NCBI GenBank assembly: GCA_973895155.1
Contig: OZ316895.1
Span: 5,273,181 to 5,337,180 of the forward strand
DNA from: Marsupella aquatica
Lineage: Eukaryota > Plantae > Marchantiophyta
DNA: 64,000 nt
Direction: 5' to 3'
The notes under the pieces were generated by a model, which was given only the letters and a program-made list of their open reading frames with translations, was not told where the DNA came from and did no database searches. Position numbers and translations under genes: made by a program. Positions 20,223-33,800 of the stretch are shown piece after piece; within the stretch, counting starts at the first letter, position 1; every line of letters begins with the position of its first letter.

Positions 20223-22091
20223 TCTACCACCCTACGGAAGATAGTTTACATTGGTCACACAAAGTATCTCCCCCCAGAGCATGAATGGAGGCGTGATCCA
20301 TTCTTATACGACACAGATGATGGCCAACCAGACACACGCCCTCAACTAGTGCCAAGGGATCCACGTTATTGGAAAGATGTATGGGATAGAGTGACAGACC
20401 CGGATGATCCATTACAGTTGGCCCGGTGTGGCATGACTCGATTGTCTGCATTAATGTCAAAGCTGCCATATTGGGCTGAGATGCCAATTAACCATTTGTT
20501 TGACCCTATGCACATTGAGGGGAATGTTGGGAGGTCATTGATTCGCCATCTATATGGAGAGAAAGACAACAACTGGAGAGAGAGTTGTGAGGAGATGGGG
20601 ATGCATGGCCCTCATGGGTTTTGGCCATCTATGGATCCTCCTAATGCCCCCCTTACTATTCACCCTCCTTGGGTATTGACCAGAGGTGAGCGGACTGAGT
20701 TTCGCAAACATATAGGGTCAATAAGGTTTCCCACAGGTTATGGTGCCAATCTTCGTAAGGCATTTGGGGGTGATGATTCTCCAAAATGGCCATCTTACCT
20801 GAAAACACATGATTTTCATCGGTTACTCGAACATGTCATTCCAGTTGCGATTATTGGATTGGGTAGTGAGGATCTTCGAGATGCCCTGTGGTCATTAGGT
20901 AAGCTCTTGAGGTGGGTGTGTCAGAAAGAGGTGAATGAGGATGAGATTGCAGCGATGGACCTTTTTGGAGTGGAGGTATTGTGCAAGTTGGAGAGGGCAC
21001 TCCCTCCTTCGTTCTTTGATGGTCAAGTTCACTTCCTCCTCCACCTAGTGCGTGAGGTTGCGATTGCAGGGCCGGTACATTGTCGTTGGATGTACTGGGT
21101 AGAGCGGTATATGGGAGTGATGAAGTCATATGTGTCAAATCGTGCGAGAGTGGAAGGTAGCATTACTGAGCGTCATCTTGGAGCAGAGAGCATGTTTTAT
21201 TGTACAAACATTGTAGCTACACTTGATCCCAGAGCTCCAAGGGGCTGGATAGACGAGGCATCAAGGGAAGCAGACTTTGAGGATGACCGTCTCACAGGGG
21301 CAAAGGGAGAACGACTTATGGGCTCAACTGAGCGTCTTCAACTTACTACATTTATGTTGTATAACTCGCCTGAGATTGTGGGAGATTGGACAACTTTTTA
21401 TGAGGAGGAAAAGGCAAATAGTCGTCGGCCACGCAACTTCCCCAAGTTTGTCCCATACATGAGGGCAAAGTTGACAGAGATCGATGCCTTGTTGGAGCAA
21501 GGGGAGAGTGTGTCAGACTTCCCTTTGGTTACAGACAGTCTTCGCACCTTTGTTCATGGACCATTACTTACGGTGACAACTCGGACAGCCATGTGGTCAA
21601 AGGGAAGACATTTCCGTGTGCAACGACTTGATGACAAGAGGGCAGCTACACAAGATTGTGGGGTCATGGGTTGGTTCACCCAAGATTCACAAAGTAGCAT
21701 ATCTGATAGGAATCCAATACGCTCTATGGTGGCCCACTACGGTAAGATTGAAGAGATATTGAGTGTGAAGTACCATGCGCACACCACTTTCGAGGAGGTG
21801 GTGTTGAAGTGCAAATGGTTTCGGATGAACCTTGTTGGCCAAAACCGAACTTACGAAGAAGATGCTTGTGGGTTCACACGGTTGAAGACAGGTGCAAATA
21901 GTGTCATTAGCTCAACTTGGAGAACCTCTGATCCATTTGCATTCCCCCATCATCTTGAGCAGGCTTTCTATCTTCCCTATCCAGATGATCCTGAGTGGTC
22001 CATTGTCATGAGTTATATTCCAAGATCACGATCCATAGTCCAGGAGCGACCCAATGTAGTTGTAGTTGAAGATTTGGACCCCGAGCCTTGA
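20223..22091 (+). pseudogene. CACTA transposase (TnpD) C-terminal portion (end of Transposase_21, DUF4218- and DUF4216-like regions)
   Basis: KIVYIGHTKYLPPEHEWR, FDPMHIEGN, LKTHDFH, PPSFFD..HLV.E...GPV...WMY..ER, YGKIEEI...KCKWF, DPFAFP...QAFY. Open frame from the Gypsy junction to TGA at 22089-22091. Confidence 0.92.
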
Positions 22092-22249
22092 GGTCCTTGC
22101 TAGTGTACCTTGGGACCAATCAGATAGAACCACCTCTGAATGTTTACTTTTACCGGCATTATATATGATTTTTTTATTTCATGTACCCTCTCCTATGAGA
22201 GTGACCACATTTCTTAATAAACTTATGAATGTTGGTTTTCCCACACTCT

Positions 22250-22567
22250 GTCCGATGTAGTGACCAACGGAAAGTACTTGGAAACATAGTGCCTTACAAT
22301 TGTGGCAATATCCGATTCAATCTACATCGGACCCCTCATGAAAGTTATCGGAGACATTTCCGATACTCTCCGCATCAAAACACTTCCGATGCCAAAACTA
22401 ACGGAAATAGGGACCGATGGCTTTTGTATCAGAAAAATAATATGCGATGTACAAAGAATGGCAAATTGCGTAAGGTAAAATATCGGAACCGTGCGACGGT
22501 ATTAGTATCGGAAGAGTGATGAGGCGCGATATCAAAGCATCGGAAAAATGCTGAAAATGTACTAGTG
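22250..22567. repeat. CACTA right subterminal motif array and TIR
   Basis: Repeated TCCGAT/ATCGGA motifs ending in AAAATGTACTAGTG. Confidence 0.85.
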
Positions 22568-25500
22568 AAATTTTGTACTCCGTCCCGACGTAGTTCTCGT
22601 CCGTTGGCTACACCGGGAGCACCAGGACAAACATGGCCATATTTGCCATGGGTTAGAGGACACATCTGCGTATGCCTCAAATTGCCACATTGCTCCTCGC
22701 ATTTCATTGAAACTAAGAGCAAAATTAGAGAGGTACTTGAGAGCTGGCTTGTCTGCGAAGGCTATCATCAGGGCGCATTTTGATGAGGTTTCTATCAAAT
22801 GGCGACAAGATCACCCGGATGAGGACGCCGATGTTATTTTTAGCAGAGACATGCAGCTCACTCCGAAAGATATTTGGACAGTGAGGGAAGCCATGCGTCG
22901 TAGACAACCTTTTTACACAACAGACGATGCAACTTGAGTCCACAATTGGGCCCTCCAAAATAAGCACGAGGTACTATTTTACCAGCCACAAGTCAAAGTG
23001 AATGAGCAACCCTACATCTTGGCGTGGAGCACCGACTGGCAAAAGAAAAAATTGGCTGTGCTAGGACACGAAGGTGCGGTGGGATTCGATGCAATTTGGT
23101 ACTAATCATTGTGGGGTAAATTTATTTGGGTGCCCAAGACCGGAGTCAACTTGGAATTCTTGTGCCAGTCATGTCATGTTTGCAGCAACGGCCATTATCA
23201 GTGCTAAGATATATGTGCTAATTTGCGGGGCTTATCTGAAGTTTGCATTGTTGGAGTGTAAGTTGTTTTACATAGTGCCAATTGTCGTTGTGTCTTGCAT
23301 GCAGTTCCCATTTTACACCGTTGTCGTGTTTGATGAGTTTCAAAATGCAATTCCTGTTGCGTTCGCGGTCCTTCAAAGGTACACAGCAGTGCACGTCACA
23401 AAGGTTTTGACAAAGCTGAAAGAAGCTGCAAATGCCAAGAGAAGCAAAATGGGGCAGCATCGCCCTTGGTTGCCCAATTGCTGGATGATCGACGTTGCAG
23501 ATGAGGAGCAACTCGCCATCACGTAAGATCCTGGAACTCGCATAATCACATCACCTGTTCATGCTGGCATTGCAAATCTAAAGGCTGACATCACCTCTCA
23601 TTGCAATTGATGCAGCAATGTATTCCCTGATGTGCCCATCATGTTCTGTATTTGGCACGTTAGGAGGGCCTGGACGAAGAATATCATCTGGAAGGTGTTC
23701 TGCCCTTTTGCAAAGGCGCAAGTCAATGCTGATCTTGGGGCCTTAATGTACTCCAATGGAACGGGTTAATTGAATGGAGCTTCATCGACCAGCATGTAGC
23801 ATCTGCCCATATTTTAGTCGGCCCTTACGTAAAAACTTATTGAAATCTGCATTGTTCTCATTATATTACACATTTTTATCTCATTATCCAAACCAGAGGT
23901 ATGTGTGTTGACCGTGCACTATTATATTCTCGTGGCATTGGGTCCTGCAGATATCGCAGCAGAGTCGCAAGCATTCATGGATAGATGGAAGGAAACCCAA
24001 CCTACCTTTGTAGCTTCTTACAAGAAGGAGTGGCATGGCAAAATCAGTTGCTGGGCAATAAATTTTAGACAATATAGACACGCAAATCAGAACACCAATG
24101 GTGGCATTGAGCGATGGCACCACACTTTGAAAGTGGAATTGAAGGCTCACAAAAGCACGATCAACGGAAGGACTATTCCCTAGCTCATAGAGAAGCTGAG
24201 AGGAATCGAGAACCATTATTGGTGTATGTCCGCTGACAAATTCCAAGGGAGACTGAGGAATAAGACTGTGGAACATCATGTACACAAATGCATGACTAGA
24301 GTGAATCGGATCCCAGATCATTGCGTGAGTCTTTTTGAATGTGGACAAATGAACTGTGCATCTGTCAAGAGTATGTCGGAAAAATACAATGGATTGAAAG
24401 AACATGTTGTCACCGGCTGGAACTTGGACTCATGTTCGTGTACGTGCGACTATTCAGCAAAGGGCAACGCCTGCAAGCACCAGGTAACAATCTCTGGAAC
24501 AAATTTGCTTCCCCTCCCATGCATATTGTCGTTACTGAATAATTGTGTGGATCATGCACCCTGACAAAGCCAAAATGAAATGTGGATGCAGATCAAGGTC
24601 TTGTTACTGACAAACACCATGACTCAGCTAGATGTACTCACATAGCTTGGTACAAAGATGGGTACATTCTGTGGAGGTCTTGAAGTGCACAGTTTCAAGC
24701 TCAAGAATGGGGACTATGCACCAATTACCCAGGTTGCCGATGTAACATTGCAGTATGATGACGAGGATTTTGGGAGGAAGACTCTACTCAACCCAAATGT
24801 CTCCCAGTGGCCCCCCCACTAGACGAGTTCCATTCTGTACTCCAGAAGGCTTATGACTCAATTGCATACCGTCCATCACTTGCAATTCAAGGTCTGAAAG
24901 AATTGAAGGTGTGGAGTGAGTCCTTGTAGACCAGGGAAGCGCAGCAAAACGTGTCAAGGTTGGAACCAGATCCAGATCCAGATCCAGTACCACTGGAGGC
25001 TTTGGCTCCAAATGCACAGTCTGATGCGAGGTCTGATGTCTCAATTGTGCCCACATCTGGTTGGGTAGACAAACTTATGAAAGGGAGGCAAAAGCGGAAA
25101 GGGACAAAGGAGCAAGGGAAGGCGAAGCACACCACAAATGCCCCTACCACTGGGACCAATATGCTAGAGAAGTTACGTAACAGATCAAGAAGAAAGATAA
25201 AGCCGTGTCCTTCCATGGCAAATTCGACAAGCTGGCAGTTGATGCCCTGCAGGGCATGCTAGACGCTGTCACTGACAAGGATTTATCATCACAAGCTGGA
25301 AAGAGACAGCAAGGTAACTTCCCCTTTCTTCTTGACATTATAACAGCCCTTTAAAAGACAGTCGCCTCAATAGGTTTAATTACTACATAATGCGTTTAAT
25401 TGTTGCCTAATGCTCATCATCGCCTTCGGCAGGTCCCATAGTAAAGGTGTCTAAAAAAGCGAGGGCTGCACCGACAAAAAGCACATCCAGCAAAGGCGTG

Positions 25501-25809
25501 CCGAATGAGGTACTGCACCCCAAGGGTACTGTTGCGGGAGGGTCAAACTTGCAGCGGAAAATTAGAGCTGCTCCACCTTACCCACTACGTGATGTCACAA
25601 ACACTTGCTCGCAATCTGGTGTCTTAAGCCAGCCTCTGACCCCTAAGCAGTCGCAAGTCATTGGCAGTATTAAAATAGGATCCAGCCATACACGGGCCAT
25701 GTCCCCAAATTTCAGTGAGCTTGTATCGGCTTTTTCAGCTGGGGCAAAACCAGCTATGAGTGCTCCCACTATACTGCCAGAGGGAGATGTTGTTTCGATA
25801 TCCGATTAG
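22568..25809 (+). pseudogene. SWIM-zinc-finger MULE-type transposase pseudogene (intron-containing)
   Basis: FGTN..FPFYTVVVFDEFQNAIPVAF, MIDVADEE, C.WHVRRAW, NQNTNGGIERWHHTLK and SWIM CSCTC..AKGNACKH. Several in-frame stops (e.g. 22935-22937, 24181-24183) and GT-AG introns. Confidence 0.8.
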
Positions 25810-26377
25810 CAGCGGAAGTCGCCGTCACCTCATACACTATGTAACATTGAAATTGGTTTTGAATGACAGCACTATGGACTTCTCAATGTGTACATGTAAA
25901 CGCAATACTTGCTCTTTGTTAATCCACTCCTGGATCTGAAATTGGTGAATTCACCCAATACTTTGACACTCTTAATGGCCTGGCTGGACGAATTTACACT
26001 TTTGAATGTGTATGTTCTTGGGTCCATAAGGACTCACACCAACATACAATTGGCAAGATCAGTCGCTATTACATTCGGAGCACGGGTCAACCGAGAAGTG
26101 AACAGTGTTTAGGAATACAGTGGTCTCATAGTCACAAACGTTACAAAGCTGCGTAAAACACACAATTTGTATCCATGAGGCATCGTTGCATGCAAATTTA
26201 CACCACAGGTCTTCACACTTCAACAAAAGATCCACGTCCACTTAAATAAATGAGTCTACGCAGAACCTTGCCTCCAAATTGCGTTAGGGACAATCATTTA
26301 CATTGTGCTCGTCGCATTATAGTATGAAAGGACTTCAAAATTAATGGACCTCTCCATAATCATATTGTTTATGAAGA

Positions 26378-29300
26378 TCAAATATCACTGGGCATCACCG
26401 GATTGTTCGCGGCTGATGCCACGGTTGCGGCAAATTTGGTGCCCAGCTGAAGCACGACATCATCCACAAATGGAAGGGCAGCACTTAAATTGCTACCACG
26501 AGGCACTATATTGGTAGATTCAGTTATCATGGTTGTGCAAACTGGAAATAATTCAAGCGCCGCATTTGGTGGTGGGAGTGAATTTGATGACAGACGACAA
26601 AACTCACTTTCTATCTCATTCAGAATACTGACTATCTTTTTACAATTGGATTCATGTTGCCCAGCACTAGGCAATCGCGGAAATGCTGGCACCCCTTCCA
26701 ATGCTTTGGGCAGGTCTCCGGATTGTAGAATGAAGTTCTGTGGAGCGTCAAAATCAGCAGTCACAGCCCAATCAGAGGCAATATCTGAGCAAAGGCCACC
26801 CCCAACAATGTGAACCGCCAAATTATTGATAGGAACTTCATCATACTCGTCAAGAAGATCCATGTCTGTGTTCTGTGACAAAGAGCACAATCCAAGAACT
26901 GCACTAAACATATCATCATGTGCGACTGCAGTGTGCTCATGGTCAAGCAAAGTAACAGTCGCATGACGCTCAGACAAAGTATCATGAGCATCCATGGAGG
27001 TCAACTGGGGCGGACTACTTTCATGAAGGTCTGGCGGAGTATTTTCATGAACGTCTGGCGCTGTGGACACATAGTCCTGTTGCAGTTGTTCAATGACATC
27101 TTCCTGTGGCAGAGTGGGTTGCTGCTCAACATCCATTCCAGGCAGGTCTGTTATGTGGATTGTACCATTGGGGTGAGCTATCCAAACCAATCCAGTAGGG
27201 ATGACACAGCTCTCAGTGATCTGAGCCACATTTGATGGGGTGTGGTCATCTTCTTCTTCATCCGAAATTGAATCCCATGCTTTGCAATGATTGGGACTAA
27301 CATCCCCCTTTGGTAGTACCACATGCTCCTTTGTGATTTTGTTGTAGATGTCCCGATCCAGCTCAACACGATCAAGTTGCTGCAGCCATTGTTTTGTTGG
27401 TGCATCCTGAGGCAATTCCCACTCGGGAACACATTCATCAAACACCGGAGCACCTACATTTAGGATGGGTGATGGTGGTTCCGAATATGGAATTGGTTCT
27501 TCTTCTGCGTCTCGTGCTTCATGCACAATGTGTGTCTTTTTTCGCGGTGCCAATTTCATTCTTGGCACTGGTTTTCGCTTCCTGTCCTTGGGATGACCAT
27601 TGTCGTCTGAGGTATCAATCCACTTGCTATCCTTTGCAGCCTGCAAGTGCAATGTAGGCATTTTAGTGAACTCCCAGTGGACGAGAACATAACTGCAGGA
27701 ACAATTGAGATGGTAAATTGTGCTCTAAAATGCTATTCAACAAAGGGAAATTCAATTTTACCTATACTCGGGCCTCTGAATCAGTGCACCCCATGAATGC
27801 CTTGTAGGACTTGACAAGATTAGGAAGAGTTGTCGCACAACTCTTCGCTTTTGCTTTTGCTTTCCATTCTTGTACTCTTCGTCGGCCTTCTTCTCATACA
27901 CAGTCCATCCATGCTTGTTTTCCCAACGAAGCGCATCTTTCTTCTTTTGGAGCCAAGCAATTGCATCTTCACAAATGCTCTTTCTATGATGCTCCAAGGC
28001 ATGTGTAAGGTCTGCAGCGTCAGATGTCCCGCCTGGCGTATGAAAAATTGCCCCCAGCACAGCACCTGCTGATTTCAAGGTCTGGAGGTCGTGATGTTCC
28101 AAATCCGAATGTCTCCCATCCTGAATTTCTTTCAATAATGAGGTAGTCCAGGTAGAAACCAAACCACTTGACGGGCAATGAGAAATTAAGTCCACCATGG
28201 AGGAGAAATGTTTGTGGATTAATAGAATTTTCCATACATTGTAACCAAGACTAGGCATGACATACTTCAGCAGAGTAATGAGGAGTCCCTCGTTTAGCAC
28301 AATTGGACAAGGATGTGTGAGTCTGTTCTCTTCAAATTTAGTGACGGTTCTTTTGAATATACTGGCCCTGCACACGATTGAATGGAGGCTTAGGGTGAGA
28401 ATCGACATACTATTACACATTCAGATTGAATTGAATTGTGAAGTGAAGGCAGTGACTGAGATTAAATTGTGCTGATGTACCTCATTCTGTACTTAGCTTG
28501 GCTCCATCTTGCTCGCATGGAACCCCTGGCATCATAGTAAGAATTGCAGACCATTTCACCTGGCTGCTTCCTCCTCCTTGCATTGTAGACCTATCGTCTC
28601 TGTTCTGATTTGCTATCAAGGGCATACAACGATAGAGAAGTGTCGGTTGAAATAAGCCCATGCTTTTTGAAAACATGGTTGCCAAAAGTTCTCTCTGTTT
28701 TGTACACTCGGTTTTGCAAGGAGCAACCTTGCAGACCACAGCGTTGGCAAACAATGTATAATGCTCACCTAGGATTGCAGTGCCATGCTTAGACTTTTGC
28801 CATTCTGCCTGCAATGATGATCATACACACGTAATGCAAAAATGAGCACAGTGGGCATGGGACTGGGCAAATCAGAGGTTGCACAATTGAAATAGGAACT
28901 GAATGTATACCACAATTAAAGGTCGCAAATGCTATGCCCACACCTTCTTGGCATCGAACTTGAATGGGTAAGTTGAGGGGGCTGCTTCCTCTTCCGAATT
29001 GCTATGAGACTCTTCGTCTGAATCTTGTTCTTCTGAACTTGAGTAGATGTCAGTCGAGTTCTGAGAATGATTTGTCGTAGGCTTCCTTGCCTGTGCCCTT
29101 GATACATTGACCCTTGGCGCAATTTGAGTGTTCGTGTCCTTAGACATTGTGTGACATGTAACCCGAGTAGGACGTCTCTTGTGAAAGGCGGAGGATTTCA
29201 AGGGAGGTGTCATCAAATGTAGACGACGTGATTGTTGTTTCGGCTGCAGTGCCTCAGAACTTTCCTCTTCCGATTCCGTGTTGGGGTCCTTTAGTGACAC

Positions 29301-29987
29301 TCCGGGCTTCCTTTGGCGCAAAGTAAGCTTCCGACAAGGTGGCGATGGTTTGGGGTCGGGTTGGGCGTTGGGTCCTGCGACATTGTTGCCAATGTCCCCC
29401 TTTCAAAAGCTTGCTCGGGAACGAAGGATCTGCAAAAGCGATAGGCAGAAATGTGACCGGTGAATAAAACTTATCTTATCATCAAGGACAAAGATCACTG
29501 CAGCAATGCAAACTGTCGAGTGCCATTAACCTAATGTAATTTGCAGGGGATGAATAAAAAAAATAGAACTATGTATCATCATGAAATGAGTGCGCGGAAA
29601 TGGCAATGGCCCTGCGATGCTTTTGCATTACCCTAATTAGTGATTAGATTAGTACCTGGTTCTTAGTCCTGGCCATTGTGATTTGATTACCGTGTTCGCC
29701 AGGTGGGATAAAATACTCTACTCCTGCGCGTGAATTGTAAGTGTCAGTCATGGTCAAAGATGCCTCTTCTACAAAATTAGCTACACCCAAAGACAATAAC
29801 ATGTGTATTTGTTGCCAGTCTTGAACGGACGACAATGCATATTCATGGACAACCTTGAACAAAATACAGTGGACAAAGTATATAGCAACTTTATAAACCG
29901 AGTTTGCGTATATTTGATAATGTGCTCGCGTGAACAGCGGCCTCCATTACAAAAACGATGATCTTCCCAAAAACAGTGATCTTCCAT
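26378..29987 (-). pseudogene. Orphan multi-exon gene, probably transposon cargo, with a few lesions
   Basis: ORFs 29644-29987, 28932-29321, 28482-28814, 27758-28420 and 26378-27661 can be joined by GT-AG boundaries (~29655/29429, 28943/28808, 28480/28367, 27762/27692). One frameshift near 29860 and an in-frame TGA near 29403. No family recognised. Confidence 0.5.
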
Positions 29988-30016
29988 ACTCGGTAGAAAG
30001 GTCGAACGATAGTCTA

Positions 30017-30895
30017 CTATTTTGGCTGACGGGAGGAGTAGATATCTAGTGATGCACTGAATGCATTTGCTAGCCTCTTCACAATGGACAACATGTTCCC
30101 GTTGTCCTCTACTTCCTCGCTTCCCGATTGATCATCTACTGCACTAGAGCATTCGGAGATAGGCGCCGATGACTTGGAACCAATCTTGTATGTAGTCCCA
30201 TGGTTTGAGGACTCCAAACTGTCATGCTTGAAGCTCCTTGACTGCGGAGTGACGGGTAATGGCATTGTGGGCACGTGGACTTGCGGTGGAGTGTTATACA
30301 CAGCAGGAAGTTGCACTTCAGCTGAAATAACCCTTGTTGGAGGGCTCCATTGGGCACCTCGTCGGGGTGTCAGCGAAGGCTGCCACATACGAGTCACGGC
30401 CTCGATGCTGCGATTGGAAACGACTTCGAGCTCCTGAATATGAATTACTCCGTGTTGCACCCTAACTATCACATTGCAGATAGGCAAGCCCTTAGTAGCT
30501 TCGTGCACTAAACAAAATTGGTCAGCATGATCCATTGAAGCCAATTCCAGTGCAGAAGTCTGCAATAGGTTGCTAGCAGCGTCCCAAATGCAAGCATGAA
30601 GTGCAGGTTTCCCAGAATTGGCTTGCAACATCCCGTCTGCCATAAGGAGTTTAAAACGGAACATTTGAATAAACTTTCCTTTCCCAACAGAATCATGCAG
30701 ACACAGCTTATGAGCCGGTCCTTCAATTGACACCTTACATATTCCCATGGGGGTCCTCTCAGTGCATCCCCGGTATGTGAATTTCCTGGGGAACGGATTT
30801 GCTGCTTCAAAATTAAGGATTGTGACGTGCATTGGACCAACAAGACAACTCGATCGATCCATAACAGCACGATTAACATCGCTCAAGGATGCCAT
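30017..30895 (-). CDS. Replication protein A 70-kDa C-terminal-like OB-fold protein (292 aa, intronless)
   Basis: FTYRGC....C.......C.H, MFRFKLLMADG and CIWDAASNLLQTSALEL follow the RPA70 DBD-C pattern (Y.AC..C..KV...C..C...Y.L...V.D.TG...FD..A..LLG.SA.EL); S/P-rich tail. Confidence 0.6.
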   Translation of the reverse strand: MASLSDVNRAVMDRSSCLVGPMHVTILNFEAANPFPRKFTYRGCTERTPMGICKVSIEGPAHKLCLHDSVGKGKFIQMFRFKLLMADGMLQANSGKPALHACIWDAASNLLQTSALELASMDHADQFCLVHEATKGLPICNVIVRVQHGVIHIQELEVVSNRSIEAVTRMWQPSLTPRRGAQWSPPTRVISAEVQLPAVYNTPPQVHVPTMPLPVTPQSRSFKHDSLESSNHGTTYKIGSKSSAPISECSSAVDDQSGSEEVEDNGNMLSIVKRLANAFSASLDIYSSRQPK

Positions 30896-33800
30896 TTGCT
30901 ATCACAAGAAGGTGATGCCTAAGCACTTGCCTGAGATGTCCGATCTGTCTGCGCCTGCGCTGGGTTGAAATGTCGCTCCCCTAAAGCGCTCCTTGCATCG
31001 TCGATAAAGCAGCCCTAACCTAAACAGAGTAGCACCTCCACGTATGGTGAATACGATGAGGATGGGGTGTTCGGGAGCGATGGGCGCAACATGGTCGACG
31101 GGATGGTGGCGACGGGATGGCAGCAACGGGAGGGACGGGTGCTGCGGGAGGGACAGTACTCCTTGGCGCCAGCGCGAGGGGCAGGGCAAAAGCTGGAGGG
31201 ATAGCCTCCATCGTGAAGGCCCGTCCCTTGTCCCTCACTGATTTGTGGCGACGTGTCACCACAAACTGCCCGAATCACCAACCTGCCCGGCTTGGTACGA
31301 TTAGAGGCATTAATCCGCCTCGAGATTGCCTCTCGTGCTTAATGCCAAATAAGTACAAGGAACAACACTCAGTGGATATTTAGTACCAATCAGGTTAACG
31401 ATATAGAAAATCCATTCACCCTGTGGGAGCTTGCCACTTAATACAATGTACTTTATAGTGCTACTTTTTTATGTGCAATTTATTACCAAAAGGCATGCAG
31501 GACAATGGCAACAAACATCATTTTTGTGGAGTCAATGATTTTGAGTCGGTTTGTTGCACATAAAACTAACACTTAGATAGAAGTGTATTTAGGATACCAC
31601 TTGGTCTGTTCATAAAAGACTTCAATTTATCATGGTATGAAGTGACATAATACACCATATTTTGTCACATGTTGATGTGCAATTATGGGGGCATTTCTGT
31701 TTTTATTAACTGTGACTTTAGAGAATTTTGTCACAATTTGATGTGCAATTTGATGTGCATTTTTATGTGCAACAAGAGATACAACATTTTTTTGTTTAAA
31801 CATGACTCCAGAAATATTAGGAGTCAAAATAATGGCACGGCACATCATGTGATTGGAATCAAAATAATGGCAAGAACTTCATGTGCTTCCACAAAAATAA
31901 ATTAGGAGTGAACATAATTCTGCCACCAAAGACCCCTCACCAAGGGTGCCCACAGACTGCAAATTGAAAAGGAGGAATGCAGGTGCACATGAACTCAGTC
32001 ACCCCATCACTCTGCTCCCATTGCCTGTCTCACACACTGCCGGTCTGGCATCTGCGTGTCACCTGGCAGAGCTTCCTAGCACAACTCCGGCCATGTTTAC
32101 TGACTACCATTAAGGGTTGTCTTGCATGTGATGGTAGTCGGAATTCTGGCCCTCTACATTCCCCAACATGCAGGAAAAGGTAGATTTTGTTTGTTCACAA
32201 AATTGCTATAAATGATTGTGTGATTTGTTCTTGTAAAGTAAAGTACTTTGTTTGTTATGAAATGTGAAGGTCTTGAAAGGAAAGGCTGGAAACTTTACAA
32301 CCCTTGCCCTTAGATTTTTTCAAATGCTGCCATCAGGCCTGCCTAGGGAGATGGGTCAGGCATGAAGCACTCACTCAATGATAAGGTGATATGACTGAAT
32401 GAAATGGCTAATTTATAAGGACTGTGCACATGCAAGACAGCCCTAAAGCGTTTCAAACCTCTCCGTTTTGCCTCCGGTAGCTGGCAGTCAAGGTAGTTAT
32501 GGGCAAGGTTGTTTCCCCATAACTAAAGTGACGGACATGGAAAAGCTTGTCATAAACAACCTGCCCTACTGCACAATACTTTCAGACTCCTAATTTTCAA
32601 GGACAAATTTATTTGAGACTCCCTACTATGCCCCACTCCACCCTCACCACGGGCTGCCCGCTCCCCGACAACGAAATTTTGGCGCAACCCGAGGGTTGCA
32701 TGCATCTCTCCTGATAGCAATGCCCGGAGGGAACGTGGCAGAAATCTAGTGAGATACTATTAATCTGAGCCTTTCGATGTGTTGCCTTTTCCAAGGACAC
32801 CCTGCCCGCGGGAAGAACGAAAGATTCCAGTACGCTTTTTCCTATGAGCGGCCTTCCAAGCGACCGTCGAGATTTTCATACGTGTCAACGAATCTCTTTC
32901 GTGGCCCTTGGATCTCTCTACGTTTCGGGATGTGCCGCGTGTTGGTGTGGGCCCACGCAGACGTGGACAGCACCTCCTCCGTAGACTGTACATTCCGTTT
33001 TGATCAATTCTTTTTGTGGCGACAGGTCACTCCTTTAAAGTGATTAATTAATTAATTAAGGCACAGCTTCAGCCGTGTCAATTAATTTTCAACTCTCCCC
33101 GATAAATCACACGTTAGAAATTAATAATGCTGACCAAAGCATACCGATTATGGTTATTGTTACAGATAAGTCAGCGATCTAACTTCTAACTAAACATTTC
33201 TACTTTAGGACATTTCTGTCAGATTCCAGATTCCTCGTACTCAGCCGCTTTCTGCTCGTGTGAATCCTAACTCTACGGTCGGATGGTCAGATATCATCGC
33301 GAGGTGAATCATAGGCCGTTGATTAACCCAGTAGGACATGATTGTACCTTACTGGAACGTAAACAGAACCTTACAGTTAATGTGCTGTCTGAATGTCGGA
33401 AACAATTATCGAACCTTGGCCTATGGAATATTATCGGTCAGACGAAATATCTAAGCACAGGTCTATAGTTGTCAGTGAAATTAGTTCTAAGGTTTTTTCA
33501 TCACTAATGTCACCTTGTAAAATAGTTTTCGTTTCGTTTCATTATATGTATTCTTGAGTGTTAGGTCTCCCTAGATTTATTGATAACCTTGCTAACCATC
33601 AAATTGTAGACATTGGAGCTGTGGTGGATAGGGGATGCTACCGTAGGCATATTTTCGATTAATACTATCAGATCAATTCTTGATATTTAGATCTCTCTAG
33701 ATTCAATATACCCTTAGTATATTATGGTATGTGGCTTGACTAAAGAAGAACTTGACAATTTTTGCCAAAAGCTACAACAACTTTGCATGGGGTGAAATTT

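Larger units (their letters stand above)
67..22567 (+). mobile_element. CACTA (En/Spm) DNA transposon with both termini intact, containing a nested Gypsy element
   Basis: Perfect 14-bp TIRs CACTAGTACATTTT (67-80) / AAAATGTACTAGTG (22554-22567), flanked by AAA (64-66, 22568-22570). Dense subterminal TCCGA/TCGGA motifs at both ends; TnpD-like and TnpA-like coding sequence inside. Confidence 0.95.
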
